A DNA stretch of 64,000 nucleotides from an uncultured Actinomycetes bacterium (GTDB lineage: Bacteria; Actinomycetota; Thermoleophilia; UBA2241): the NCBI GenBank assembly GCA_963755025.1, contig CAVWIH010000031.1:1-64000 (forward strand). Reading direction: 5' to 3'. Positions 20,929-32,803 of the stretch are shown here, one piece after another (the first letter of the stretch is position 1; every line of letters begins with the position of its first letter). Made by a program: the position numbers and the translations under genes. The notes beneath the pieces are model-generated. The model saw only the letters and a program-made list of their open reading frames with translations. It did not search any database and had not been told where the DNA came from.

Positions 20929-21363
20929 ATGCACAGGATCTGGCGACTGCTGACGCTCACCTGCCTGCTCTGCGCCGCGGCGGCGATCGCGGGCTGCAGC
21001 CTGACGAGCGTCTCGAGCACCCAGGGCTCCAAGAGCATCGACGTCACCATGGGCGGCCACGTGACGACCGACTCCACCCTCGACTTCAAGGCCGTGGGCT
21101 ACAGCGCCGGACAGCTCCAGATCGAGAACACGGCGACCTCGCAGAACCTCGACATAGGCCTCGGCACGCCGATCACCACCGGCGACGGCACCGTAGTCGC
21201 CAAGGTCGAGGGCGCCATCACCATCCCCCCGGGCAAGGTGGGCGCGCTGGTGCTCGACAGCCAGCTCTCGCCGGGCATGGAGTACTACCTGGGCGCCACC
21301 TCGAGCGGCACGCCGAGCATCCGCCAGATGTTCATGTGCCCGGGCGACGCGGCCGGCCTGTGA
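20929..21363 (+). CDS. Putative lipoprotein
   Basis: Signal peptide with lipobox-like IAGC. SD AAGGGG. Confidence 0.65.
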   Translation: MHRIWRLLTLTCLLCAAAAIAGCSLTSVSSTQGSKSIDVTMGGHVTTDSTLDFKAVGYSAGQLQIENTATSQNLDIGLGTPITTGDGTVVAKVEGAITIPPGKVGALVLDSQLSPGMEYYLGATSSGTPSIRQMFMCPGDAAGL

Positions 21364-21369
21364 CCGCGC

Positions 21370-22032
21370 TCAGCGCCGCGTGAGCGAGGCGACTTTCGCG
21401 GGCGTGAGCTCGGCTGCCGACGTCACCACGAGGTCGGCGAGCTCAAGGTCGGCCGGCGCCGGCGGAAAGCGCGGGTTCGGCACGGCGATCACCGCAAGCC
21501 CGGCGCTGCGGGCGGCGCGCAGGCCGTTGCCCGAGTCTTCGACCGCGGCCGCCTGGTCGCGCTCCACGCGCAACCGTGAGCAGACCGCCAGATAGGCGTC
21601 GGGCGCCGGCTTGCCGGCCGCGACGTCGTCCGACGACAGCCAGGCGCTGAACACCTCGGAGAGGCCCGCCTTGTGCAGCACGAAGCGAATCACCTCGGGC
21701 GGCGCCGACGACGCCAGGCCCAGACGGTAGGCTCGCGAGAGGCTCACCACCGCCTCGCGCGCCCCGGCGATCAGCGGCAGGTGCTCGTCGTAGCGGGCCA
21801 GCAGCCTGGCCACCACCCCATCGATGATGCGCCGCTCGCCGAGCGCCACCCCGCTGACCTCGCGGATGTGCCGCGCCCACTGCCGCGAGTTGTCGCCCAT
21901 CACGGCGCGCTGGTCGTCTTCTGTCCAGGAGCCGCCGTGAGCGACCGTGAAGTCGCGGCGGACCTCGTGCCAGAGGTCCTCGGAGTCGATGATGACGCCG
22001 TCCAGGTCGAAGACGATGGTCGTGATCGGCAC
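21370..22032 (-). CDS. HAD family phosphatase
   Basis: FDLDGVIIDS, LASS, GKPAPD, VEDSGNG. Confidence 0.9.
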   Translation of the reverse strand: MPITTIVFDLDGVIIDSEDLWHEVRRDFTVAHGGSWTEDDQRAVMGDNSRQWARHIREVSGVALGERRIIDGVVARLLARYDEHLPLIAGAREAVVSLSRAYRLGLASSAPPEVIRFVLHKAGLSEVFSAWLSSDDVAAGKPAPDAYLAVCSRLRVERDQAAAVEDSGNGLRAARSAGLAVIAVPNPRFPPAPADLELADLVVTSAAELTPAKVASLTRR

Positions 22033-22267
22033 CTCGTTCCCCTTTCAGGGTCGTGCGCGGCGGCTGTGCGCCGCCGCCCGCCGCTTCGTAGGATTGCCGC
22101 TTTGCCGTCGCCTCACGCCGCCGCGTCCGCGGCGCGGCGCGGTCGCGCGCGCGTCACACGACGAGGGAGCGCGCATGTCGCGCGGCGGAGGTCGCGCCGC
22201 GGCTGCGCACGGCCGCCACACGGCCGCGCGACGCGCGTACGAGGCGCGTCCCGTATACTGATGGCCC

Positions 22268-24215
<1,948 letters not shown>

Positions 24216-24281
24216 GCGGCGCCCCGCCCCCGCGGCGCGAGCCGCTCGCCCGCCGGCGGCGCGCGGCGCTCGCCTGAGAAC

Positions 24282-25063
24282 GTGAGCGCGCTCCAGGAAC
24301 GCCTGCTGACCTGGTATGCGACCCACGGCCGCGACCTGCCCTGGCGCCACACGAGCGATCCCTACGCCGTCCTCGTCAGCGAGATCATGCTGCAGCAGAC
24401 GCAGGTCTCGCGCGTGGCGCTGCGCTACCCCGAGTTCCTGGCGCGCTTTCCCACCCTCGAGGCGCTGGCCGCGGCGCCGCTTGCCGACGTGCTCTCGGCC
24501 TGGCTGGGCCTGGGCTACAACAACCGCGCGCTGCGCCTGCGCGGCTGCGCCCAGGCCGTGCCCGGCGGCCGGCTGCCCGACGACGTCGAGGGCTTGCGCG
24601 CCCTGCCCGGCATAGGGCCCTACACGGCGCGCGCCGTGCTCATCTTCGCCCACAATGCCGACCTCGCCGCCGTCGACGCCAACGTGCGCCGCGTGCTCAC
24701 CCACGAACTTGGGTTGGCGCCCGACCTGAGCCCCGCCGCCCTGCAGGCGGTCGCCGACGGCGCGCTGCCCCGCGGCCGCTCGCGCGACTGGCACAACGCC
24801 CTCATGGACTACGGCTCGCTCGTGCTCACCTCGCGGGCCACCGGCATCGCACCGCTCACCCGCCAGACGCCGTTCGCCGGTTCGCACCGGCAGCGCCGGG
24901 CGCGCCTGTTGCGCGCGCTGGTCGAAGGCGGCCCGCTCACGGTCGCTCAGGCCACAAGCGCACTCCGGGTCTCCCCCGCCGAGTGCCGCAAGGTGCTCGC
25001 GAGCCTCGCCGCCGATGGCTCGTCGCGGTGCGCGACGACATCGTGACGGTGACCCAGGGCTGA
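24282..25063 (+). CDS. mutY: MutY-like HhH-GPD adenine glycosylase, short and Fe-S-less (frameshift ~25020)
   Basis: RDLPWR, VSEIMLQQTQV, WLGLGYNNRA, LPGIGPYTA, VDANVRRV, ALMDYGS. Confidence 0.75.
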
Positions 25064-25219
25064 GAAAGGGTTCGTCGCGATCGGCGCCTGCGGCGCGCGC
25101 CGCGACGCGCAGCGTCGTCGCGCCTCACAACGTCTTCTCGAGGCTCAAGCCCCGCGGCTCTCGAGGCCGATGCGCCGCTCGCCGGCCCAGCCGCGGCTCG
25201 CCGTGCCCGTGGGCCCGGC

Positions 25220-26187
25220 TTATCTGGCCACGAGGGGGATCGTCACCGTGTGCAGCGCGTCGCCGTTCTCGGCCGAGGCGTCCCAGACGACGAGCTTCGT
25301 GGCGCCGGTTCCCGGCAGCGGCAGCCCGAAGTGAGAAGACGCCGCGCGTGCCGCTGCCCGAGCTTGCGGTCACGGTGATCGTCCTGGCGACCGACCCCAC
25401 GACAAGGCGCGCCCGGAAGGTGGCTTCGAAGACGTCGGCCGTGCCCGCCGCGTGGAGCGTCCCGGTCACTGTGTCGAACGGCGCCGGGCTCTCGACGAAG
25501 ATAGGCGGCGTGACCGCCTCGTAGTCGGCGCGGCGCTGCGGGTGAGAGAAGCTGATACCGGTAGCGCCGAACGACGTGAGCGCCGCGCCGTCGACCTTGA
25601 AGAGCACGCCCTCGACCGACGGGAACTGCGTGAGCGTGTAGACGACTTGGGCGAGTCGCGCGGTCATCGCCGCCTTCGTGGCGGTCGCGGCAAAGGCGTT
25701 CGAGAGATCGACCGTGGCCACCCCCGCCGCGATCTTGACGCCGCGCAGGGTCGTGCCGGCCGGAATGTCGCTGGTCATGGCGATGCCGCGTTCGCGCGCC
25801 GTCGGGCCCGCGAGCAGGGCGTTCACGGCGGCCGTGGCGAGCGCGAGGGTCTGGGGCACGGCGCGGTGCGCGGTGGCGACGAACGGCCCGTGAAGCGGCT
25901 GGGCGCCGCCTATGGGGCGCAGGAAGTAGACCGACACAGTGCGGGTCGCGATCGACGACGGCGACGCACTCGGCGAAGGCGACGAGGAGGCCGCCGTACG
26001 AGGCCGCACTCGGCGACACAGTGACCGTGGCGGTGACCACCGCCTGGGGTGACGTGCTGCCACCGCAGGCGGTCAAGCCCACCGCGGCGGTCGCGGTCAC
26101 CGCAGCACTCAGCGCGATGGCGACGAGCAGCAGCCGCGGAGCCCGCGAAGATCGACGCACTCCGGCCTTCGCCTTCGGCATCCTCAT
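25220..26187 (-). CDS. GerMN + Gmad2 Ig-like domain lipoprotein (frameshifts ~26000 and ~25325)
   Basis: Lipobox LTAC, LLAGPT, ATVDLS, QVVYTLTQFPSV, GTADVFEATF. Confidence 0.8.
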
Positions 26188-26233
26188 GTCGACCCCCCTC
26201 GTCGTTTGGCACGCAGGGCGCGCCGGCCCGGGG

Positions 26234-26554
26234 TCAGGTGCGGAACATGGTGAGCAGGAAGACCAGGTCTTCTCGTGCCCGCACCGCGTGCCTGAGCTCG
26301 GCCGGCATGTAGTAGAGCATTCCGGGTCGGGCCTCGTGCTCCTGCCCGGCGAGCTCCACGGTGCCCGCACCGCTCACGATGTGGATCGAGGCCGGGACGC
26401 TCGCGGTATGCTCGGAGAGTTCCTGGCCGGCGGCCAGGGTGAAGAGGATGATCTTGTGGTGGTCGTTCTCGACCACGCTCTTGCTCACGATGCCGTCGCT
26501 TGCGAACTCGCTCATGGCGGCAAGGTCGGCGGTCACCGGTGGCAGCTCGGTCAT
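26234..26554 (-). CDS. Cupin domain protein
   Basis: GQELSEHTA...MPAELRHAVRA. SD GAAGGGA. Confidence 0.85.
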   Translation of the reverse strand: MTELPPVTADLAAMSEFASDGIVSKSVVENDHHKIILFTLAAGQELSEHTASVPASIHIVSGAGTVELAGQEHEARPGMLYYMPAELRHAVRAREDLVFLLTMFRT

Positions 26555-26591
26555 GCTCGTCCCTTCGCGTATGGTGAGGCGCCGGGAGCGG

Positions 26592-27940
26592 CTAGAAGCA
26601 GGCGGGGTACCGCCGCACCGGCGTCTTACGGTGCTGATAGGTGCGCGCGAGCTCGAGGAAGATGCCGATGTCGCGTTCCATGTCGCTCTGCGTGCCGTCG
26701 AAGTAGAAGGTGCGGATCGGCAGGCCGTCGTAGTCGCGACTCACGGCCGGATAGATGGCCTCGGTCACGATGCCGTTCATGCAGGTGAAGGGGCTGACGT
26801 CGATGATGCCGTCGGCGCCCTTGCCCTGCAGGTAGATCGCCTTGCCGGTGCTCAGCACCATCTCGCCCAGGGCCCCGTCGTACGGCAGGTACGGGTAGCT
26901 CAGGTCGAGCACCTCGTTGACCGACTCCGCCTCTTCGTAGCCCAGGAAATCGTCGTGGTAGGGGCCCACGATGGCGTGCTCGTCGCGCGCCTGCACCTTT
27001 GACTTGATGACGCGCACGAGGTTCTCGCGCGAGATCTTGCGGCCTTCTTCGGTGAGGCGCCGGCCGTGCTCGTCGTCGACGTACCAGACCCATTCGGCGA
27101 TGTCGGCCAGCCAGCACTCCCCGCCCTGCTCTTCGACCAGGCGGATGAGGTCGGCGTTGGCGAACTGGTTGAGGCGGCAGAAGATCTCGCCGACCACGCC
27201 GATCAGCGGGCGCGAGCGGTCGTAGCGCGCCGGCACGGCGCGAAAGCGGTCGCGCGCCGCGGTCATGGCGCCCACGGTCGCGGCCAGCCGCTCCTTGTGC
27301 GAGACGTCGCGCAGCGACAGCGCCAGGCCGGCGTCGCGCAGGCCGTCCAGGTAGACCTGGTCGGCGGCCCCCGGCTCGAGCTCGTAGGGCCGCACCCGCA
27401 GCAGCATCTTCATGAGCGTGTCGTGGGCCACCACGGCGCGCCAGGCGGTGCGGATGAGGTCCTGCGAGTACTGGCCGATCGACGAGTAGCCGTCGTTGGA
27501 GGTGATGCTGAGCACGGGCACGTCGGTGTACCCCAGGTCGTCGAGCGTGCGCCGGATGAGGTGCAGGTACTGGCCAAAGCGGCAGGGCCCGTTGGCCTCG
27601 GGCATGAGAAAGGCGACCTTGTCGCGGCCGAGCTCGTCGATCATGCGCAGAAAGTCGCCGACGGTGATCTTTTGCGGATAGCACTCTTCGCCCGAGGTGA
27701 CCTTGCCGCCGAACTCGAGCGTGCGCTCGTCGGAGTGCGTGGTGGGCCAGCAGTCGAAGCCGATCGAGCGGATGGCCGCCGCCAGCAGGTAGCTGCCGCC
27801 GTAGGGCATGTGCGGCAGGTAGAGCGTGCGGCCCTCGAGGCCGAAGTCGGCGACCGCCTGCACGACCCGCGGGTCGGTGGGCGGCGCCGGCTGTCGGCGC
27901 GCCTGTCGCCCGTGACCACCAGTGAACCGTAATCGACCAC
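26592..27940 (-). CDS. 2-hydroxyacyl-CoA dehydratase/reductase-like subunit (PlsR/Ger C-terminal type; frameshift ~27890)
   Basis: GEECYP, GPCRFGQY, IGVVGEIF, PFTCMNG. SD TAAGGAGG before GTG 27940. Confidence 0.8.
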
Positions 27941-27949
27941 GCCGCCTCC

Positions 27950-30900
27950 TTACGCCCGCGCCGGGGCGCCCGACAGCTGGTCGGCGGCCACCGCGGCGGT
28001 CGGGGCGTCGTCGCCGTGCTGGGACCACCAGCGCAGGAAGCCCTTGCTGTCGAGGTAGGCCTCGCAGCGGGTCATGGCGCCGGCGTCGTTCTGGTGCTCG
28101 TCGAACTGCAGCGTGAGGAAGGGCTTGCCCGAGGCGGCGCCCACGTAGTGCTTGATGTACGAGTCGGGACCGCACTTGAAGTTGGTGAGGTAGATGATGT
28201 GCAGGCGCTCGTGCTGTCCCACGAACTTGCCGGCCTGCAGGATCTTGCGGCCGTAGTTCCAGTACATGTTGGGCACCACGTCGCCCACCTCGATGCCCTT
28301 CAGCGCCGAGGAAGTCCATGGGGATCACGTTGACGCCGTAGAACGAGCGCAGCTTGCGCGGGATATCCATGTTCACGCCCTTGTCGTACATGTTGTACGG
28401 GCGTCCGATGATGACGATGCCGAGCTCGCCCGACGCTTCGAGGTCGGCCAGGGCCTTGCGCCCGGCCGCGGCCAAGCCCTCGCGGAACACCTCTTGCGCG
28501 GCGTTGGCGGCGGCCACGGCGTCGTGCAGCGCAGCCTGGCTCGCCCCGCAGCGACTCGGCCAGCGGCCGCAAGTCGCGTTCGAGCTGCGCCATGTCGAGC
28601 CGAAAGCGCACCCGCGGCGTGAGCAGCCGGTCGCGGTAGCGCTCGAGGCGCGGCGCCGTGCGAATGACGAAGGGCAGCGTCTGCCCCCAGGGGCAGGCGT
28701 GCGAGTTGACCTCGGGAAACTCGGTCTCCTCGTTCAGCACGTTGGGCAAGAAGACGTAGTCGGCGCCCTCGGCGAACAGCGCCTCGACGTGCCCGTGCGC
28801 GACCCTGATGGGGAAACAGGGCTCGGCCACGGTCATGTCGACGCCGTTCTCGCGGATGCCCTTGTCGGTCTCGCGCGACAGCATGGGCCGCGCGCCGAGG
28901 TGGGCGAAGAAGGTGGCCCAGAAGGGCAGGCGGTCGAAGGTGTACATGGTGCGCGGGATGCCCACGGTGACGGCGGCGTCGGCGCTGCGCTGCGCCGCCT
29001 CTTCGAAGGGCGCCAGCAGCAGGCGCTCGCGCAGGGCGACGAGGTCGTCGATGACCGGCTCCTTGTCGACCTTGGCGCGCTTGCGGTAGCGGTCGGAGCA
29101 CTTGTCGCCCCAGTAGGTCTTCTCGCCTTCGATGGTGAACTGGCGGATGTCGCACTCGTTGGAGCAGTGCTTGCAGACGAAATCCTTGACCGTGTAGTCG
29201 ACCGCCGAGAGGTCCCAGCCGCGGAAGGTCGTGACCTCGCCGGTGCGACCCATGCGCTCGCGGGCGAGCAGCGCCATGCCGATGGCGCCCATGACGCCGT
29301 TGTGCGGCGGCACGATGATCTCCTTACCGAGGATCTGGGCGAAGGCGGCGGCCACGGCGTCGTTGTAGGCGGTGCCGCCCTGGAAGAAGATGCAGTCGCC
29401 GATCTTGCGCTCGCGCACCAGGCGGTTCAGGTAGTTGTAGGCGATCGAGTAGGCGAGTCCGGCGACGAGGTCTTTGCGCTCCGCGCCGCGCGACTGGTAG
29501 CTCATCACGTCGCGTTCCATGAACACGGTGCAGCGCTCGCCCAGGCGGATCGGCGCGGTCGACTGCAAGGCAAGCTCGGCGAACTCGCCGACGATCTCGA
29601 TGCCGAGCTTCTCGGCCTGCTCTTCGAGGAACGAGCCGGTGCCCGCCGCGCAGGCTTCGTTCATGGCGAAGTCGACGACGATGCCGTCCTGCATGGAGAT
29701 GAACTTGGAGTCCTGGCCGCCGATCTCGAAGATGGTGTCGACCTGGCGCGCGATGCTGCGGCTGATGAAGTCGGCGCCGGTCTTGTGGGCGGTGATCTCG
29801 TCGGTGATGAGGTCGGCGCCGCAGAGCTCGCCGACGAGCTCGCGGCCCGAACCGGTGGTGCCCACGCCGAGCACGCGGATGCGGTCGCCGATCTCGTCGC
29901 GGATCTCGGCTAAGCCGGCGTCGACGACCTCGACCGGCCGCGCCTGCGTCTTGGTGTAGATCGCCTTGACCACCTCGCCGGCCTGGTCGAGCACGACCAG
30001 GTTGGTCGACACGGAGCCGATGTCGATGCCCAGAAAGACGTCGACGACGGCGCCGTCGGCCGGAAACTCGTAAGGCCGCGCCAGGTCGCGCAGCAGCAGG
30101 ACCCGCTCGGTCGACAGCGGCTCGGCCGTGGGGAACACGGCGGCCGGCAGGCGCGCGGGGTCGAGCGCGACACCGCCGGCGCGGGCGGTCTCGGGGGCGC
30201 TGGCGGCGGCGTCGGCTTCGATCAGCCCGGCGCCGACCGCGCCCATCCAGGCGTAGAGGTCGGGGACGAAGAGCTGGTCGTCGGTCAGGCCGAAGGCGTC
30301 GCGCACGGCTTGCACCGCGCCCTCGTTGGCGGCCACGCCGCCGATGAAGGCCACGGGCGCCTCGACGAGCTTGCCCTTGGTGATCGTGCCCTTGTAGTTG
30401 CGGATGACGGCGTCGCACAGGCCTTTAAGGACCTCGGGCGGCTGGTAGCCCTTCTGCTGGGCGTGGATCATGTCGGACTTGGCGAACACGCTGCAGCGCC
30501 CGGCGATGTTGGCCGCGCGGCCCGCCGCGGCGACGATGCCGCCCACGTCTTCGATCTCATAGAGCAGGCGGCTGGCCTGCTGGTCCATGAACGAACCGGT
30601 GCCCGCCGCGCAGTCGCCGTTGGTCTGGTAGTCGGCGATGCCGGTGCGGCCCGTGGTGCCGTCGGTGTCGAGGCGCAGGAACTTGGAGGTCTCGCCACCC
30701 ATCTCGAAGACCGTGACGACGTCGGGGTGCAGCCCCGTGAGGCCGCGGGCGATGGCCTTGAACTCGTTCTCGTACGTGGCGCCGAGCGCCTGGCTGATGA
30801 GACGTCCGCCCGAGCCGGTCACGCGCACGCCGGTCACGGCGGCCGCGGGCACGACGGCGAAGAGCTCGTCGAGGAGGTTGCGGGTGGCTTCGCTCGGGCT

Positions 30901-31089
30901 GCCCTTGATGCGCTGATAGCGCGTGGCCAGCACGAGGCGCTCGCCGGCCGGCGCGGGGCCGGTCGCGGGCTCGTGGAAGAGCGCGGGGGCCTGGGCAACG
31001 GCGCGTTCCAGGAGGTCGCGTTCGAGCGGCTCGCCGATGAGCGCGGCCTTAAGGCTGATGCAGCCGATGTCTATGCCAAGAAACGCCAT
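27950..31089 (-). CDS. CoA-substrate-specific enzyme activase with tandem activase domains + DUF2229-like domain (PlsA/Ger type; frameshifts ~28550 and ~28305)
   Basis: GIDIG...CAAGTGSF...CSVFAKSD and GIDIGS...CAAGTGSF...CTVF, VGIPR, CFPIRVAHGH, GRPYN, NFKCGPDS, DEH..DAG..TRCEAY. Confidence 0.85.
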
Positions 31090-31281
31090 ATCGGAGTGTG
31101 GTCGGACCTCCCGCGGGACTCGTATGAAAGCCCAGTGTAGGGTAGCGGGCGAAGCTGCTCATCGCAAGCATCCGCCCGCCGAGTGGAATGAAGACTAACT
31201 TCATCCCCATTGCGGGTCAACTGTTCCTGCTTCGCCGCGCGAGCCAGAGCGGCCGCGGCGGGGCGGCGCCCCGCAGTCGCC

Positions 31282-31362
31282 CGCCACCGGGCCGCTCTTC
31301 GCGTTCGCCACCAGGCTGCTCTTCGCGTTCGCGCACCGGGCTGCTCTTCGCGTGCGCGCACC
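31282..31362. repeat. 24-25-nt tandem repeat x3.3 in a divergent intergenic region
   Basis: cgc(g)cacc(g/a)ggc(c/t)gctcttcgcgt(t/g). Confidence 0.75.
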
Positions 31363-31535
31363 CGCCGCCGACGCGACGTCACCCCCGCTCCCCGCGGTCG
31401 TGTACCTACAGCCGGCGCGACGTCACCCCGGACCGCGGTGCGTCACCTTCCCGGCCCTTCGCCGCCGCCGCTAGGCTCGACTCGCTCACCGAGCAAGGCG
31501 ACACCCCCCCGTCCCTGGCGACTGCAGGAGGTACC

Positions 31536-32336
31536 GTGGAGACCCAAGCGCCCCTGACCAACACCGAGCGTCGCGACGACGTGCTGTTCCTGGTGCAGCG
31601 CTACCAGGCCAGCGAACGCGCCCCGGCCGACCTCCTCGACGACGACGAGAAGCGGCGCTTCCTGGGCGGCGACGCCCATACGCAGTGCCGGCTGTTCTAC
31701 CGGCTGCTGTGCTACGGCGCGCTGGCCGCGCAACCGGCGCCCGAAGCCCTCGTGCGCGCCGATTGGCAGCGCCTGCGCGCTGCCGGCCTGCCCGACGACA
31801 TCTTCGATCGGCGCTTCGACATCGAGCGGTTCGCCGCGGCCGCGCCGGTGGCGCGCACCGACAGCAAGGGCCGCGTCATCGACTTCGTGCGCCTGAGCGA
31901 GACGCGCGACGTGTGGGCCCGCCTGCTGCCCTGGCCGGCCGAGCCCGCCACCGTGGTCGACGTGCTGTATGCCTGCTCCGGAGGCGCCCTCAAGTCGCGC
32001 GCCTTCTGGGTGGTCCGCGAGATGCTGCGGGCGGGCCTGTGGCAGCCCGCCGGGCTCGACCGCTTCGCCTGCGTACCCGACGGCCGCGTGCGCAAGCGCG
32101 CGGCTCGCATAGGCCTCGTCGATATCGACGAAAAGGCCGACGGCATCGACGACATGAAGGCGGTGTCGGCCGGCCTCTACGCCGCGCTGGGGCTCGCCGG
32201 CAACGGCTCGCGCTCTCACTACGACCTGCCGGTCTCGACCGCCGAGCAGCGCTGCGAGATGTGCGACCGTCAGCGCATGGCCGACTGCGCCATGCCCCAC
32301 TGCCGCCACCGCCGCGCCGCCCTGGGCGCCGACTAG
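31536..32336 (+). CDS. Hypothetical protein, possible remote HhH-GPD DNA glycosylase with C-terminal Cys cluster
   Basis: SD GGAGG before GTG. KSRAFWVVREM, VPDGRVRKRAARIGL, CEMC-x7-C-x4-C. Confidence 0.6.
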   Translation: METQAPLTNTERRDDVLFLVQRYQASERAPADLLDDDEKRRFLGGDAHTQCRLFYRLLCYGALAAQPAPEALVRADWQRLRAAGLPDDIFDRRFDIERFAAAAPVARTDSKGRVIDFVRLSETRDVWARLLPWPAEPATVVDVLYACSGGALKSRAFWVVREMLRAGLWQPAGLDRFACVPDGRVRKRAARIGLVDIDEKADGIDDMKAVSAGLYAALGLAGNGSRSHYDLPVSTAEQRCEMCDRQRMADCAMPHCRHRRAALGAD

Positions 32337-32358
32337 CCGAGCCGCACAGCCGAAAGCC

Positions 32359-32596
32359 CGGCGCCATGGTGCGTACGCCTGTAGCGAGAGCGGAGACCGG
32401 GGCACGGCGCACCCTCGTGCCCGCGCCCCTATGGCTTTAGCGAAGGCCGGGGCAACGGCGCCGCCGGTGCCTGCGCCAATGGCCGTAGCGAAGGCCGGCG
32501 CAACGGCGCCGCCGGTGCGTGCGCCTGTGGCGATGGCGGAGACCGGGGCACGGCGCACCCTCGTGCCCGCGCCATATGGCTTTAGCGAAGGCCGGA
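32359..32596. repeat. Five degenerate ~46-51-nt tandem units (A-B-C-A'-B')
   Basis: Units start ggcgc and end with gcg(g/a)ag(a/g)ccgg followed by ggca(a)c or a variant. gcggagaccggggcacggcgcaccctcgtgcccgcgcc..atggctttagcgaaggccgg occurs twice. Confidence 0.8.
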
Positions 32597-32803
32597 GTGA
32601 GGCCGCGGCAGGTGATAGGTCCGTCCGACGAAAGCGAAGGCCGGGGTAAGGGCGGAAGGTCGGCCTGCGAGGTGCCAACGCTCCCACAGAGCGCAGCGTA
32701 CCGTAACCGAGACAGCTCCGACCTGTAGCCCTTGCCCCGGCCGCAGCACCCTCCCGGCGTGAGCGAGCGTCGACCGCCTCATGCCCCGAGCCGGAGCGTC
32801 CTT

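Noticed and set aside
32359-32596. Repeat array as CRISPR
   Set aside because: Units are degenerate and contiguous with no unique spacers, and there are no cas genes in the window.
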